53,904 nucleotides of DNA, from positions 1 through 53,904 of IMG/VR virus record IMGVR_UViG_3300032214_001883. The stretch is one strand, 5' to 3'. The translations under genes and the position numbers were made by a program. This DNA comes from a virus (taxonomy: Duplodnaviria > Caudoviricetes). Below the pieces are notes generated by a model. It ran no database searches, was not told where the DNA came from, and was given only the letters and a program-made list of their open reading frames with translations. This document shows positions 8,701 through 18,626 of the stretch, piece by piece; the stretch's first letter is position 1; the number at the start of each line of letters is the position of its first letter.

Positions 8701-9988
8701 TATTGCAGAAGATGACACAAGGAAAGATTATTATGATTCTCTAATAAAGAGTGGATTTTGGATTGACTTTCCAGTCACAATATCTGGTGAGGGAACCTCA
8801 ACAAAAGTAAAAATATTTTATAACGTCTCTGCCGCCGATGGGGATTTTGTTCTTGCGGGAGCTATAACAATACCCGGATATGGATTTAATCAAACTGGAA
8901 TACATGCCACGTTAGCACACGATAGATTTTATAGTGGGTTTTTAACTCTAAGAAATTTTGAGCTAACAACTGGCGGAATACACATAATAGACCTGAATAA
9001 TTATGATTCACTTGGAAATAAATACGACTTTAAATTGGATATAGTTGGAATTTCAAAACTTAATGAGACAACCGGCCTATCAACTTCCTTTGCTTACTAT
9101 TATTCGTTCTCATCTATCGAGATAAGTGAGCAAGATGATTCTGTAACAAATAAGGGAAATATCTCTATAAGAGATTGTTATATTAAGTCTTCGAACGATC
9201 TTCTGTCTCCTATAGATTTTACACCACCTTCTGCGTCAACAAGATATAAAAATATAAATCTCTTAAATAATATAACAACTTCGATAGAGCCAATAACAAG
9301 TCCCTCTATATTTGATACGTCTGATTTTCCACCCGAAAATGACATTACGTCTATAGGAAACTCAACACCATCTGTTTTGATTGCAGATAAGGTTGATCGC
9401 ATATCAAATCATTTAGTTCTTGGTGGACAACTAACGACATCAGATATCTTTTTTGATACCGCAAGAAAAACTTCCAAAACTTATTGGTTTTATCAAAGTC
9501 AAATAATTGTTGGAACGGATGCTCTATACTATTTTGACGCATATGATCCACTTTTTGTTGGAGTTATATCCCCGGAAGATAGAATTTACAGCCCTCCATA
9601 TGGAGCTTATACTCGACCACTTGTTAATGTAAATATATCAGAAAGCGTTTCCTCGCCCATTGAGATCTTGCCTGGCCAGAAGCTAACTTCTGTAAAAATT
9701 ACTGGTAATTTTACGGCATCATCACAGATTGAGGTTTTAATTATAAAAGAAAGTCCTCTTAGCATAGGATCTTACACAACTGTTGTTTCATCTGGAACTT
9801 TATCCTCATTTACTGCATCTGGCGAACGTTTTTTCGAATTTGACTGTTCTTATAAGCCGGCTATGCTGCAACAACACTATTTAATAATAAATCTTCTAGC
9901 GTCATCAGCATCGCAAGATGGGTTCAGCAAAGCTATATTAACTTTTGAATCCACAAATCTATCAGAAATATTGGGAATCTCAGAATGA
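5759..9988 (+). CDS. Fibre/tailspike-like protein A (1409 aa) with putative C-terminal beta-helix
   Basis: Anchor KYPNQIDTSAE...AIIQIEKTLG. His-knob repeats HPATAI...VQAVI and HNSNQI...VQGAIEDL. HFTDLVKAI...IHMKSG...VTISGEG resembles the start of pectin-lyase-like beta-helices. Confidence 0.6.
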   Translation: MSNSKYPNQIDTSAELPIVRNNLNEIGADSINSIRSAIIQIEKTLGLNPQGAIGNTVSSRLSKSLDASGSILKEALDKANVIYGPISNDNIAKTAAIEEEKLKLNFPTTVLQSQISYVNSIIDSLELQIKEISANLSSHLNKSASARHPATAISTTSFSGSSSESLKSIADSNVQAVIESIVSSHINYDGLNISQDNNSHNSNQIYFDNASTSSVISSSTVQGAIEDLVAAPIVAIENYKNYNNSNGVVRKANISDINNSSYGILIASGISITILKNLSYSKIINISLASDISRPDFDLKKSDQISVISNGIERTFQIYKVNYNPSDLTKISSFDVFGTANEDITSSNSFIYYKHKTDYIKTSLLMSAVQNQSLTSSSTVMVCNPGSASVISSSIKIGEITATNRYFDISINDGAAYSIDCYVLSGVTLDAIVGYINEQFDGYLLPVLAYRVDLEDGGSEIAICSNVATGDSEDIYFKITRSSDDGIDSIGFSFCEDKNIYGKYSTSFVINGKEKNSLATKLKTQSMSFSAGLNVIETSDSALNLVTSGIKKGDIITILGSGQNISLKIAAVTESTLTISSNQLPSGFLTSSTDGITYIVYNNTLDFSDYEFLKVAGSFGSTLFEIFADQDANLFYNPIAELETPVLIDSALITVVDIENKFAVEQATINYTQTADGYVSLSLDQGQQIKIVGDHNYVKLISNNEALKITVYVPSKDDLYSYIGSSSETSSFIYLFDSVDENNNLVISQIAYNNFSSSLVGGMGSARAFSRLSYGIISNKDISNLFIETAVSSSTAELRSNGVVFGLEVLSGSVGIDGVYIVSIGSGSCYVGGRKFIFKNFENISTGINSSDTDKVYIGVDQDGNLIFESCDPVCNYPWQDLNVALLGSIELSAGIIYPYDQRLFISEIDLKILNSITVSSQPGMAHFTDLVKAIKYAKRFSQIFPSAGTPEIHMKSGVHTVNVDITTELSILDWYSAVITIAEDDTRKDYYDSLIKSGFWIDFPVTISGEGTSTKVKIFYNVSAADGDFVLAGAITIPGYGFNQTGIHATLAHDRFYSGFLTLRNFELTTGGIHIIDLNNYDSLGNKYDFKLDIVGISKLNETTGLSTSFAYYYSFSSIEISEQDDSVTNKGNISIRDCYIKSSNDLLSPIDFTPPSASTRYKNINLLNNITTSIEPITSPSIFDTSDFPPENDITSIGNSTPSVLIADKVDRISNHLVLGGQLTTSDIFFDTARKTSKTYWFYQSQIIVGTDALYYFDAYDPLFVGVISPEDRIYSPPYGAYTRPLVNVNISESVSSPIEILPGQKLTSVKITGNFTASSQIEVLIIKESPLSIGSYTTVVSSGTLSSFTASGERFFEFDCSYKPAMLQQHYLIINLLASSASQDGFSKAILTFESTNLSEILGISE
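5768..5802 (+). repeat. 35-bp perfect direct repeat, copy 1
   Basis: TCAAAATATCCAAATCAAATAGATACATCTGCAGA, identical to 9991-10025. Confidence 0.95.
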
Positions 9989-12900
9989 AGTCAAAATATC
10001 CAAATCAAATAGATACATCTGCAGAAGTTCCAGTAGTTCGTGACGGCATAACGGAAATATCTTCTGATTTTTTCAATTCACTTCGAAGTGCAATTATACA
10101 GATAGAGAAGACTCTCGGTGTAAACCCTCAAGGCGCAGTTGGATTAACGGTTGGCGATCGTATTTCGAATGCTCTTGATGCATCAGGCAACCTGTCAAAG
10201 CAAGCACTTGATAATGCAAATGTTATCTATGGTCCAATCGCAAATGATAATATATCAGAGGCTGCATCAATTACTGAGTCAAAGCTAAAGCTTAATTTTC
10301 CGACAACTGTTCTTCAGTCGCAGATATCGACAATTAGCTCCCTAATTGATAATATTGTATCAAAAATTGACGAACTAAACATTCTTTTTTCTGCTCATAT
10401 AAATCCAAATGCTTTGGCAAGACATTACGCAAAGTCCATCCTTGTCGAATCATATACGCAGTCAAGCTCTGACTTAGCCACATCTGATTTTGAACAATCC
10501 AGCTTACAGACTTTTGCAGAAAACCTATACTCTAAGCACATAAATTATTCTGGCGCATCAATATCACAGACAAATAATTCGCACACCGCATCCCAAATAT
10601 ATTTTGACAGTCAGACAATATCCGATCTTTCATCATCCTCTGACGTTCAGGGTGTTATTGAGGACATCGCAACACTCAATGCAGAAGCAATACGTGATAA
10701 TTTTTCATATTTAAATTCAAACGCACAGATAAGGTTTGGAAGAAAGAAATCACTTTTCGAAGGTAATGATAAAAACCTTGCAATAATTCCATCTGCTGAT
10801 GTTATTTATTCTGTTTCATCGACATCAGTAACAAAATTAACGCTAACGACGCCAATTTTCCCGGAGCAAGAAATATCAAAATTTGATTTGGTTTCTTTGT
10901 CTGGAACAACAAATGCTGTTGATGATGGCGAATATTATATAGAATCATTCGAAATGGATGGATTAAACATATCGTCCATAAGTATATTTTATCAAGCAAA
11001 AACAGAGTCTTCTGGAACCGCAATAATATCTGTTTTCAAAAATTCTTACGAAACCAATAACTTTAACGGTTTAAATACAACTGTAAGGCCCAGATTTAAC
11101 TACACAAATACTCCAGATATTGTCGTTGCACACCCAAATGCTGCATCTATAATAAGTTTTGGGTTCGATAGCTCAAATATAACCTTGGCAAGTAATAAGC
11201 TCAAGGTGATGGTCGATGGAGATCTTGAACAAGATTTCGAGACATTTGATTCTACATTATCTGAGGATTCTCAGAATATCGATTCTGCTGTTTACAAATT
11301 AAATGAGCAATTTGTTGAAAATAAATTTCCAGTTATGGCATACAAGATTAGAAGAGCCTCATGCTATGAGCTGGCCCTAACGCACCTTGTCCCAGATTTG
11401 GCAGGTGATGTCAAGCAAAGATCAATAAAAATATCCTCGGCCTCTGATTCAGATGGAACAACAACATTAGGCTTTTCCTCAAGACTGGGAATAACCTACT
11501 ATGGGTCTAACGGAAACCCAGTTCTTTTGAACGGCAATCTCCTGAGAGATTTTTATAAGATTATTTCTTTTGATGTTACACAGGTTTATTTAAATCAATC
11601 TTCACAAAGAATTTCTCTTAATTCAGGAACCTTTGCATCATATGGGGTAGCAGTCGGCGACACCGTTATAGTCTCCGGCTCCTCCATTCAGAATGATGAT
11701 GGAGCATTTAGAATACTTTCTGTCAGTGGTCCAGATATCGATCTTGATCTTTCTTCTTTTTCATTCTCAGGAGCACTTGATGACGGCTCCATAATATATG
11801 TTATAAAGAATTCCATACCTCTATATACATTGAATTTCGAGGAGGTTTCTGGTACCTCCGGGTTTTCGCTGGTCGATGCCCTCATGGATATTAACGGCTT
11901 CGTCTTTTTTAATAAAAGAGCGGAAATAAATTCGCCAATATCTTCATCATCGATATTTGCGTGCGTTGTGGATATCTCTGCGGGATATCTAACAGATGAT
12001 TATGCAACACTAACAATAGATACAAATGGTGATGCATTTATAACTGGTTCGGATCTTACGGATGGCGAAAAAATAACTGTAACATCTAGCGGAATTTTTA
12101 ATATACCGTCACCAGATAGACTAGGATATATTACAATTAGAGTTATTTATACTTCTCTTCCGGCTTCAAGCTTGTCGTGTATTGTGTATGGTAAGCAGGA
12201 ACATAAGAAGGATGTATATCATCTATCGAGATCTATATTCGGAAATTCGCTAGGAAGAGTTTTTGGAACAGCGACATCAACCGGAGTCCCAAATCTAATA
12301 GATAAAAGAACTTTTGGAAACATAGATATAAATCAGATTTCTCCAAATTTCATCGAAAAATATATAGAAGGCCCAAGAAATGAGTTGAGAGGTTCTGGCA
12401 TTATTAGCGGATGTGCCGTCACCGCCATAACAAGAGAAACCGATGTTGGAGGGGACTATGTTTCCTTTGGAGTATCCGCAGGCATTGTAATCGTTAATGG
12501 AATAAGATATATCTTCTCAGGAATAGAGTCATACAAACACTATACCATTACAAATTTCTATATCGCGATAGATAGATTTGGATGCCTAGATGTAAGAGAT
12601 GAGATATCTGAAGCGTACTCTTCATACAGAAATCAAACAGTAGCTTTCTTGGCTTATATTAAAAACACAACATCACCTTATGTACTATCTGTTAATGGTG
12701 ATGAAATTTACGATCTTAGATATTTTATAAATAATATTGATTCAAAAATATCAAAAGAAATTACAGTTTCAAACAGTCAAACAGACTCTCACTTCCTAGA
12801 TATAGATTCTGCAGTCAAATATGCTGGATTTTATTCTAGGTTATTTCCAAACGTCTCATATTATTCGCCTAAAATAACAATAAGGGAGGGCGAATACGAA

Positions 12901-13572
12901 GTAAATTCTCCAATTTTGATTGATTTTGACCTAACTATATCGGGATCTGGCCCAACCTCTCTAATAAAGAGAGGCGCAGATCTTTCCGTCGGAACTCCAT
13001 ATAGCACCTCTACGAATTTTGATGTTATGAAATCAATTTTCATTATTGGCGGTGGAGAAGCAGAATCCAGCACAAGGATTGTTAGAGGCGTAATGATTAA
13101 AGATCTTTCCTATAAGACTCACGGATCTTTTACGGGAACAGCACCTGTATTCTGTATAACACAAGATCTAGGTTCAGATGGAAGTAATCCATACTTTAGG
13201 TTTGAAAACATATATTTTGAGGGGCCACAAGATTTTAGCGCAAATCCTGCCGGAACACCAGTTTTTGAAAACCCAATAGTAGCAACGCATTCTGTTGCGG
13301 GAAGTTTACCAACGGACGTCATCTTTGGCAATATTATAATGACCGGCTGCTATTTTAACTACATGGGCTCCGAAGATGGTATAATAAAGGTTGTGGTTGA
13401 CCAGGGCAGCTCAAGCAATTCTACCGTCCAAAATATTATAGCCACAAATAATATCGCAGTTAATTCTTCACCTGACGGTTATATATCCTCACCACAAATG
13501 ATATACGATAATTACACATCTTATGTGACCGTATTAAATCTAATAGAAAGTTCAAATGCAATAACAAACTAG
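9985..13572 (+). CDS. Fibre/tailspike-like protein B (1195 aa), paralogue of A
   Basis: Collinear with A over roughly the first 950 aa (NELRGSGII vs AELRSNGVV; HFLDIDSAVKYA vs HFTDLVKAIKYA). ITIREGEY...LTISGSGP beta-helix start; divergent C-terminus. Confidence 0.65.
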   Translation: MKSKYPNQIDTSAEVPVVRDGITEISSDFFNSLRSAIIQIEKTLGVNPQGAVGLTVGDRISNALDASGNLSKQALDNANVIYGPIANDNISEAASITESKLKLNFPTTVLQSQISTISSLIDNIVSKIDELNILFSAHINPNALARHYAKSILVESYTQSSSDLATSDFEQSSLQTFAENLYSKHINYSGASISQTNNSHTASQIYFDSQTISDLSSSSDVQGVIEDIATLNAEAIRDNFSYLNSNAQIRFGRKKSLFEGNDKNLAIIPSADVIYSVSSTSVTKLTLTTPIFPEQEISKFDLVSLSGTTNAVDDGEYYIESFEMDGLNISSISIFYQAKTESSGTAIISVFKNSYETNNFNGLNTTVRPRFNYTNTPDIVVAHPNAASIISFGFDSSNITLASNKLKVMVDGDLEQDFETFDSTLSEDSQNIDSAVYKLNEQFVENKFPVMAYKIRRASCYELALTHLVPDLAGDVKQRSIKISSASDSDGTTTLGFSSRLGITYYGSNGNPVLLNGNLLRDFYKIISFDVTQVYLNQSSQRISLNSGTFASYGVAVGDTVIVSGSSIQNDDGAFRILSVSGPDIDLDLSSFSFSGALDDGSIIYVIKNSIPLYTLNFEEVSGTSGFSLVDALMDINGFVFFNKRAEINSPISSSSIFACVVDISAGYLTDDYATLTIDTNGDAFITGSDLTDGEKITVTSSGIFNIPSPDRLGYITIRVIYTSLPASSLSCIVYGKQEHKKDVYHLSRSIFGNSLGRVFGTATSTGVPNLIDKRTFGNIDINQISPNFIEKYIEGPRNELRGSGIISGCAVTAITRETDVGGDYVSFGVSAGIVIVNGIRYIFSGIESYKHYTITNFYIAIDRFGCLDVRDEISEAYSSYRNQTVAFLAYIKNTTSPYVLSVNGDEIYDLRYFINNIDSKISKEITVSNSQTDSHFLDIDSAVKYAGFYSRLFPNVSYYSPKITIREGEYEVNSPILIDFDLTISGSGPTSLIKRGADLSVGTPYSTSTNFDVMKSIFIIGGGEAESSTRIVRGVMIKDLSYKTHGSFTGTAPVFCITQDLGSDGSNPYFRFENIYFEGPQDFSANPAGTPVFENPIVATHSVAGSLPTDVIFGNIIMTGCYFNYMGSEDGIIKVVVDQGSSSNSTVQNIIATNNIAVNSSPDGYISSPQMIYDNYTSYVTVLNLIESSNAITN
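9991..10025 (+). repeat. 35-bp perfect direct repeat, copy 2
   Basis: Identical to 5768-5802. Confidence 0.95.
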
Positions 13573-13579
13573 GAATAGT

Positions 13580-14170
13580 ATGACTGAAGATGAAAAATCA
13601 GCTCTCGATATAATATATTCTCTTCCGGCTATATTAAAGAAATTAGAATCAAAGATAGACGTAATTGATAACAATGTAAAAATATTAAATAACAAGGTAC
13701 TGAAGCTATCAAGTAATCAGCAGGCCAATCAAAATGTTGCAGATAAGGGTCAAGAATCCGCAAGAAGTGATTCCAAGGTCGCTCAAGAACAACAGTCCAA
13801 AAGTTTGGAACAAAAATTTCTAATGCCTCGCGCAGAATCACCAGATGAAATGCCAAAAGTCTACAAAAAGGATGGTCAGCCGGATGTTAGAGAGCCGTCT
13901 GATGTTCAGATTAAAAAAATAGTTCTCGGAAACATAAAGCTTTTTGGCTATATAAAAACAACTTCGATGAAACCAGTTACAAACGCAACAATTAGGGTCT
14001 TTGATAAAGATAACGATCTCATTAAAAATATGAGCACCGATAAGGATGGATATTGGGAATGTAGGCTTCCAGCTGGTCAATATAACTCCGAAATATTGAT
14101 ATCAGGCATAAAACCTATAAACAGACAGTTTGCTTTACTAAACGGAATGAAGGAGTTTGAGCTTAAATAA
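13580..14170 (+). CDS. Coiled coil + disordered linker + carboxypeptidase-regulatory-like (prealbumin fold) domain
   Basis: C-terminal GYIKTTSMKPVTNATIRV...TDKDGYW...LPAGQY signature; N-terminal heptads LKKLESKIDVIDNNVKIL. Confidence 0.65.
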   Translation: MTEDEKSALDIIYSLPAILKKLESKIDVIDNNVKILNNKVLKLSSNQQANQNVADKGQESARSDSKVAQEQQSKSLEQKFLMPRAESPDEMPKVYKKDGQPDVREPSDVQIKKIVLGNIKLFGYIKTTSMKPVTNATIRVFDKDNDLIKNMSTDKDGYWECRLPAGQYNSEILISGIKPINRQFALLNGMKEFELK

Positions 14171-14538
14171 TGATTAATATAAGATTCAATCAGAAAAAAG
14201 ACGAAAGAGCCGGAATCTTTTATGAAATAAATAAAAAAATATCAGAATTTATTAGCAATAAAATTGATAAAAAAATAAATCTAATAGAAGATAATAACTC
14301 CATGGAGATCGTTGCTTCAAATCTAAGCATAGATAATCCCGGAGAAATTAAAATAGAATTATCTTATAGAAAAACCATTACTATTAATAATTCGGACTTA
14401 TTTGACAAGTCAAAAGTTGACAAACTTGTTACCGAAATTAAAAATTTCTGCGAGCAAGCCATAAATATTGAAAAGTTCAGTTACGTGCCAATCCATATGA
14501 GAGAAAAGAAAGAAACGATAAAAGATGCCAATAAATGA
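14170..14538 (+). CDS. Hypothetical protein
   Basis: AAGGAG upstream; TAATG coupling. Confidence 0.65.
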   Translation: MINIRFNQKKDERAGIFYEINKKISEFISNKIDKKINLIEDNNSMEIVASNLSIDNPGEIKIELSYRKTITINNSDLFDKSKVDKLVTEIKNFCEQAINIEKFSYVPIHMREKKETIKDANK

Positions 14539-15334
14539 GCAAGCTTTACCGGGAACCGGAATCAACGGTGACCACAGGGTTTTTTCGGACTTCTTTGCTG
14601 ACAACAATATTGTCCAGCAAGTTGCGATAGTACATCCAAAGAATCTGTTGATACAATCTCTCAGAGATCTGTTTAGAAAGGACTCTGTTTATACATATAG
14701 ATCTGATGAGTATGGCTTTCCCCTAACAGTAGATCTTACCGGGAAAGACCTTGAGACGACAGATACAACAAAAATCTTGATAAGCGATGTTTACAGATAT
14801 GATGTGAAATTTTTTCCAGCAATCATTATAAAGCATACCGGAGGAGCTTATAAACCGCTCTCCTTTAATCAGGAGGGAACTTATAGATATAGGAGAGATT
14901 ATATAGAGGATGCCTTTGGCGGAAGGAGACCAATATCTGTACCGACTCATAAAATATATGCAGGGAAATGGGACCTTGGTTTTGATGTCGCCATCTACTC
15001 CGAAAGCTACTCTGAATTGCAAGAAATTGTAGATATAACATCAATTGCCTTGCAACATGTTCTCTGGAATGACCTTCGTGCATCGGGTTTATTTATAAGT
15101 TCTTTGAACATTGGCTCCGAAAATGCTGAGCCATATGCTAATGATTATGTATACACTCAGAGTATAACGATTAAAACTCTATCTGAGTGGAGAGTTGAAA
15201 TTCCGATAGAAAGTGTCGTAGAAAAAATACTTTTTAATATTGATTCGAACCTTACTTCTTCACCATTTGAAGGAAATACTGCAAATTCTACAATATTAAG
15301 ATATGATGATTTATTGAGTCTAACTAAGATATAA
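14525..15334 (+). CDS. Tail terminator / tail completion protein
   Basis: Directly upstream of sheath. FFPAIII...WDLGFDVAIYSESYSELQEIVD pattern typical of terminator (gp15/gpU-like) folds. Confidence 0.65.
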   Translation: MPINEQALPGTGINGDHRVFSDFFADNNIVQQVAIVHPKNLLIQSLRDLFRKDSVYTYRSDEYGFPLTVDLTGKDLETTDTTKILISDVYRYDVKFFPAIIIKHTGGAYKPLSFNQEGTYRYRRDYIEDAFGGRRPISVPTHKIYAGKWDLGFDVAIYSESYSELQEIVDITSIALQHVLWNDLRASGLFISSLNIGSENAEPYANDYVYTQSITIKTLSEWRVEIPIESVVEKILFNIDSNLTSSPFEGNTANSTILRYDDLLSLTKI

Positions 15335-15337
15335 TAC

Positions 15338-15346
15338 TACTAATAA
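15338..15346 (+). promoter_or_regulatory. TACTAATAA variant of the candidate late promoter
   Basis: One mismatch to TATTAATA, ~40 nt before the sheath ATG and its GGAGGT RBS. Confidence 0.45.
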
Positions 15347-15386
15347 TAAAATAGAAGTGTAATTTATTTTTTTCGGAGGTTTTATA

Positions 15387-18300
15387 ATGGCAAATATTCC
15401 AGGTATAAGTGGATATACCCAACCGGGCACCTTTGCCAGAGACAGAGTTGTTTCTAGAGCTGTTTCTATTCCAGGTGGCTTAAGACTTCTTTGCATTATG
15501 GGTGAAGGCTTAAAGAGAGAAGTTCTTGTAGACTCTGCAGTAGGTAATGGTCTTGACGGTTCATCTTCCTGCAGCCCAACAGGAAGTGGTGATGGAAAGT
15601 ATTTTTCAATCTCCACATACCCAATAGTTTCTGGAAGAACTGAAGTTTATCTAAATGGAACTGCTCTTTACGGTCTTGAGCAGGCAGTAGATGAAACCTC
15701 GTTTGAAGGAAAATATGACTTTAGACTTGACTTAGATACTGGCTGCCTAGAACTTCAGGGCGCAAGCATTGGAGATCAGAATGGTAGAAATTATTCCGCA
15801 AGCTCTCTAAATGTCGGTAACGGACTTATTGCCGATGGAACTTGTGGAGCATTTGATCTTATTTCAATTCTTGACGTAAACACACCTCCAGAAAGATGGA
15901 CGGTTCGTTGCGTCTCCGTTACAAGGGATTCTTCTGGAAACCCAATACCCGGTCTATCAACATTCACAGTTTCTGGCTCTGTATCTGGACAGCTGAAGGA
16001 CTCTAGCGGTCAGCCATTCCTATTCCACGGAACCTACTTTACAGGAACCGATGGCGCCGTATCTGGAAATTCAACACCATGCTCTGATGGATTAATTGTC
16101 GCAGAAAACGGACCCGTATTTGGACAGGCCTTCCCAGTATCTGTAACTGGCGACACCACCACCGGAACCACAGCACAATATAGCTTCTCCGGAGATCTAA
16201 TTACACAAGGACAGGCGCTTGTTGGAGACCACTTCTGTCTGCAGGATGGCTATTCTGAGTTCTACGCAATCATCACAGATATAACTTACGACTCCGATGC
16301 TGATGAGACGACAATCACCGTTCAGACGGACACACTTCCAACAGATGTGCCTGTCGGTGGAGTTGACTGGCAGATCAGAGCAACAAACGTATTTATTCAG
16401 GATCCATCCTCACCATATGATGATGGAGATGGCTCTTTCACAAGTAAGGATTTAAACAAGGTTCTTCTCATCTGCTCAGGAACATCTGCACAAAAATACA
16501 AGATTATTGCAGTAACCTCCTCAAGAAGAGTTCGCGTACAGCTATTGACCAATTCCGAAGTAGCATTCCCAGAGATGACTGCCGCCGCAGATCCAATCCT
16601 AGGAATAGCTGAGGACGGACTCACTTACGCACTACTAGAGACAAATGGAGTTCTCGTATTTGGAATAAACGAAGGAACCGTTCCATTTGAAGTTGGTGAC
16701 AAATTCTTTATTGATGTAAGATCAAGAGTTCTGAAGGCCAGCGACTCTCTAGAGGTTAGATATGTTGCTGAGCAGGATTTAAATGATCCAGAGTTCTTCA
16801 CAAGTGCTAACGAGCTTTACACAAAACATGGAGATCCAAGCGTAACAAATACACTATCTCTTGGAGCTCAATTGGCATTCCAGAATGGTGCTGCCGGTGT
16901 ATTTACAGTTCAGTGCAAGCCATCAATTCCAAGAAGAAGCAGTGTTACTCTCTTCGGCGAAGTTAAGGGAGGAAAGGGCGGATATCCCGGATGTGGTTCT
17001 GGAACTTGCGAAGTAGATGATGTCTCTTTCGTTATACCTGCACCAATATCAGGCCTAACCGCAGGAAGGCCTGATGGAGATACGAACGTAAACTTCTTCG
17101 TAAAAAGAGGTGGCGTAGAGACTCAGATCTTCCCAAACAAAGTTGGTTTCTACAATTCTCAGCTTGAAAGCCCTGTTGGACAGCAGAATTTCGTTACAAG
17201 TTCTGACTATGCCTTCTCTTATACTGTAGTTAATACAAGTGCAAAGATCACCGCACAGGGAACTGGAGCAACAATAACCGCATCGACTGGATACTTCCAA
17301 TCCTTAGATGTTGATTTCTCAAGCAAGGATATTGGAAAGGTAATAGTTCTCCAGTCTGTTGAGAACTCGACTGGCACAGTATTTACATCAATTTCAGACA
17401 TAAGCAACTTTGTTTTCGGCGGAGTGCCTGCTACAGACATCGCTGAACTTGTAATTACTGAAATTATAAATGACAATACAGTTGCCGTTGTCGCAAATAA
17501 CATAGCTGAAGATGTTGTTGTAGCGGACTGTCAGGATGTAAACTTCTTTATAAAGGATGAATCTGATACCACAAACCTATCTGCAATGATTCTTCTAAAC
17601 AAGGATGTGGTTGAGAGCGGCACCCTCAAGAGGGGTGATGGATTAAGAATTTCTTATATTGATGAGAAGGACGCAACTTATTTTGACACAAACTGGTTTG
17701 AAGCGCTAGAAGCTCTTGAGGCTGTAGATTTCCAAATTCTCGTTCCACTACCAACTCAGACAATATCATCCATCTTTAAAGCTGCAGTTAAGCACTGCGA
17801 AAGCATGAGCACAATTGCAAATAGAAAGGAAAGAATTGCATTTATAGGTGCTCAGGAAGGTCTAACTCCAGCCGCTATAATCGGAACGGAGGAAGTTGCA
17901 ATAGAGGACATTGGTGTCCTAGAGGGTGTACAGGGTGACGATCCAGAGGAAGTTTTGGGCGGTAACGTAGAAGATCTTGCTGATTACAAACTCTCTACAA
18001 ACTATACTTCCAGCAGAGCCGTTTACTTTTATCCAGACAGAGTTGTCACAAGTATAAACGGAAGCAATACATTTGTACATGGTTTCTATATGGCCGCTGC
18101 TGCTGGTGGTTTAACTTCAAGCACTCAAAATGTTGCAATTCCACTGACCTTCAAGGAGCTTTCTGGATTCGCAATAACAAGAGACAGACAGTTCAAGAGA
18201 CTTACCTTAGACCAGCTTGGCGCTGTTGGAGCTACTGTTGTTCAGCCAATCACTGGCGGCGGAAAAGTACTTGCCGGAAGAACTACGAGCCAGTCTGGCT

Positions 18301-18596
18301 TTATAGAAGATGAAGAAATTTCCGTAATGTTCATTAGAGACAGAGTAAAGCAAGTTCTAAGAGACAGTCTGCTTCCATTTATCGGAACCGTAGAAGATCA
18401 GAATACACAGGGTTTGATGAACGCAAGAGTGAAGACAATAATGGCTGCACTCGTAAGTCAGGGCTTGATTACAAACTTTGAAAACGTTAGAGTTGAAAAA
18501 GATAAGGTCGATCCAAGACAATGGAACGTATACCTCAGATTTACACCGGCATATCCGATAAACTATATCTTCATAGATTTGGAAGTCGGAATTTAA
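15387..18596 (+). CDS. Contractile tail sheath protein with large insertions
   Basis: N-terminal YTQPGTF. C-terminal sheath core HCESMS...KERIAFIG...YMAAAAGG...EISVMFIRDRV...FTPAYPINYIFI. Strong RBS. Confidence 0.93.
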   Translation: MANIPGISGYTQPGTFARDRVVSRAVSIPGGLRLLCIMGEGLKREVLVDSAVGNGLDGSSSCSPTGSGDGKYFSISTYPIVSGRTEVYLNGTALYGLEQAVDETSFEGKYDFRLDLDTGCLELQGASIGDQNGRNYSASSLNVGNGLIADGTCGAFDLISILDVNTPPERWTVRCVSVTRDSSGNPIPGLSTFTVSGSVSGQLKDSSGQPFLFHGTYFTGTDGAVSGNSTPCSDGLIVAENGPVFGQAFPVSVTGDTTTGTTAQYSFSGDLITQGQALVGDHFCLQDGYSEFYAIITDITYDSDADETTITVQTDTLPTDVPVGGVDWQIRATNVFIQDPSSPYDDGDGSFTSKDLNKVLLICSGTSAQKYKIIAVTSSRRVRVQLLTNSEVAFPEMTAAADPILGIAEDGLTYALLETNGVLVFGINEGTVPFEVGDKFFIDVRSRVLKASDSLEVRYVAEQDLNDPEFFTSANELYTKHGDPSVTNTLSLGAQLAFQNGAAGVFTVQCKPSIPRRSSVTLFGEVKGGKGGYPGCGSGTCEVDDVSFVIPAPISGLTAGRPDGDTNVNFFVKRGGVETQIFPNKVGFYNSQLESPVGQQNFVTSSDYAFSYTVVNTSAKITAQGTGATITASTGYFQSLDVDFSSKDIGKVIVLQSVENSTGTVFTSISDISNFVFGGVPATDIAELVITEIINDNTVAVVANNIAEDVVVADCQDVNFFIKDESDTTNLSAMILLNKDVVESGTLKRGDGLRISYIDEKDATYFDTNWFEALEALEAVDFQILVPLPTQTISSIFKAAVKHCESMSTIANRKERIAFIGAQEGLTPAAIIGTEEVAIEDIGVLEGVQGDDPEEVLGGNVEDLADYKLSTNYTSSRAVYFYPDRVVTSINGSNTFVHGFYMAAAAGGLTSSTQNVAIPLTFKELSGFAITRDRQFKRLTLDQLGAVGATVVQPITGGGKVLAGRTTSQSGFIEDEEISVMFIRDRVKQVLRDSLLPFIGTVEDQNTQGLMNARVKTIMAALVSQGLITNFENVRVEKDKVDPRQWNVYLRFTPAYPINYIFIDLEVGI

Positions 18597-18626
18597 TAAT
18601 AAATTTTATTTAATTCGGAGACTTAA

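Noticed and set aside
5759-13572. Diversity-generating retroelement or invertase cassette acting on the fibres
   Set aside because: No reverse transcriptase or recombinase, no adenine-specific repeat pair and no inverted crossover sites seen.
15330-15386. RBS-sequestering hairpin before the sheath gene
   Set aside because: Only a weak AU-rich pairing with a mismatch; not counted.
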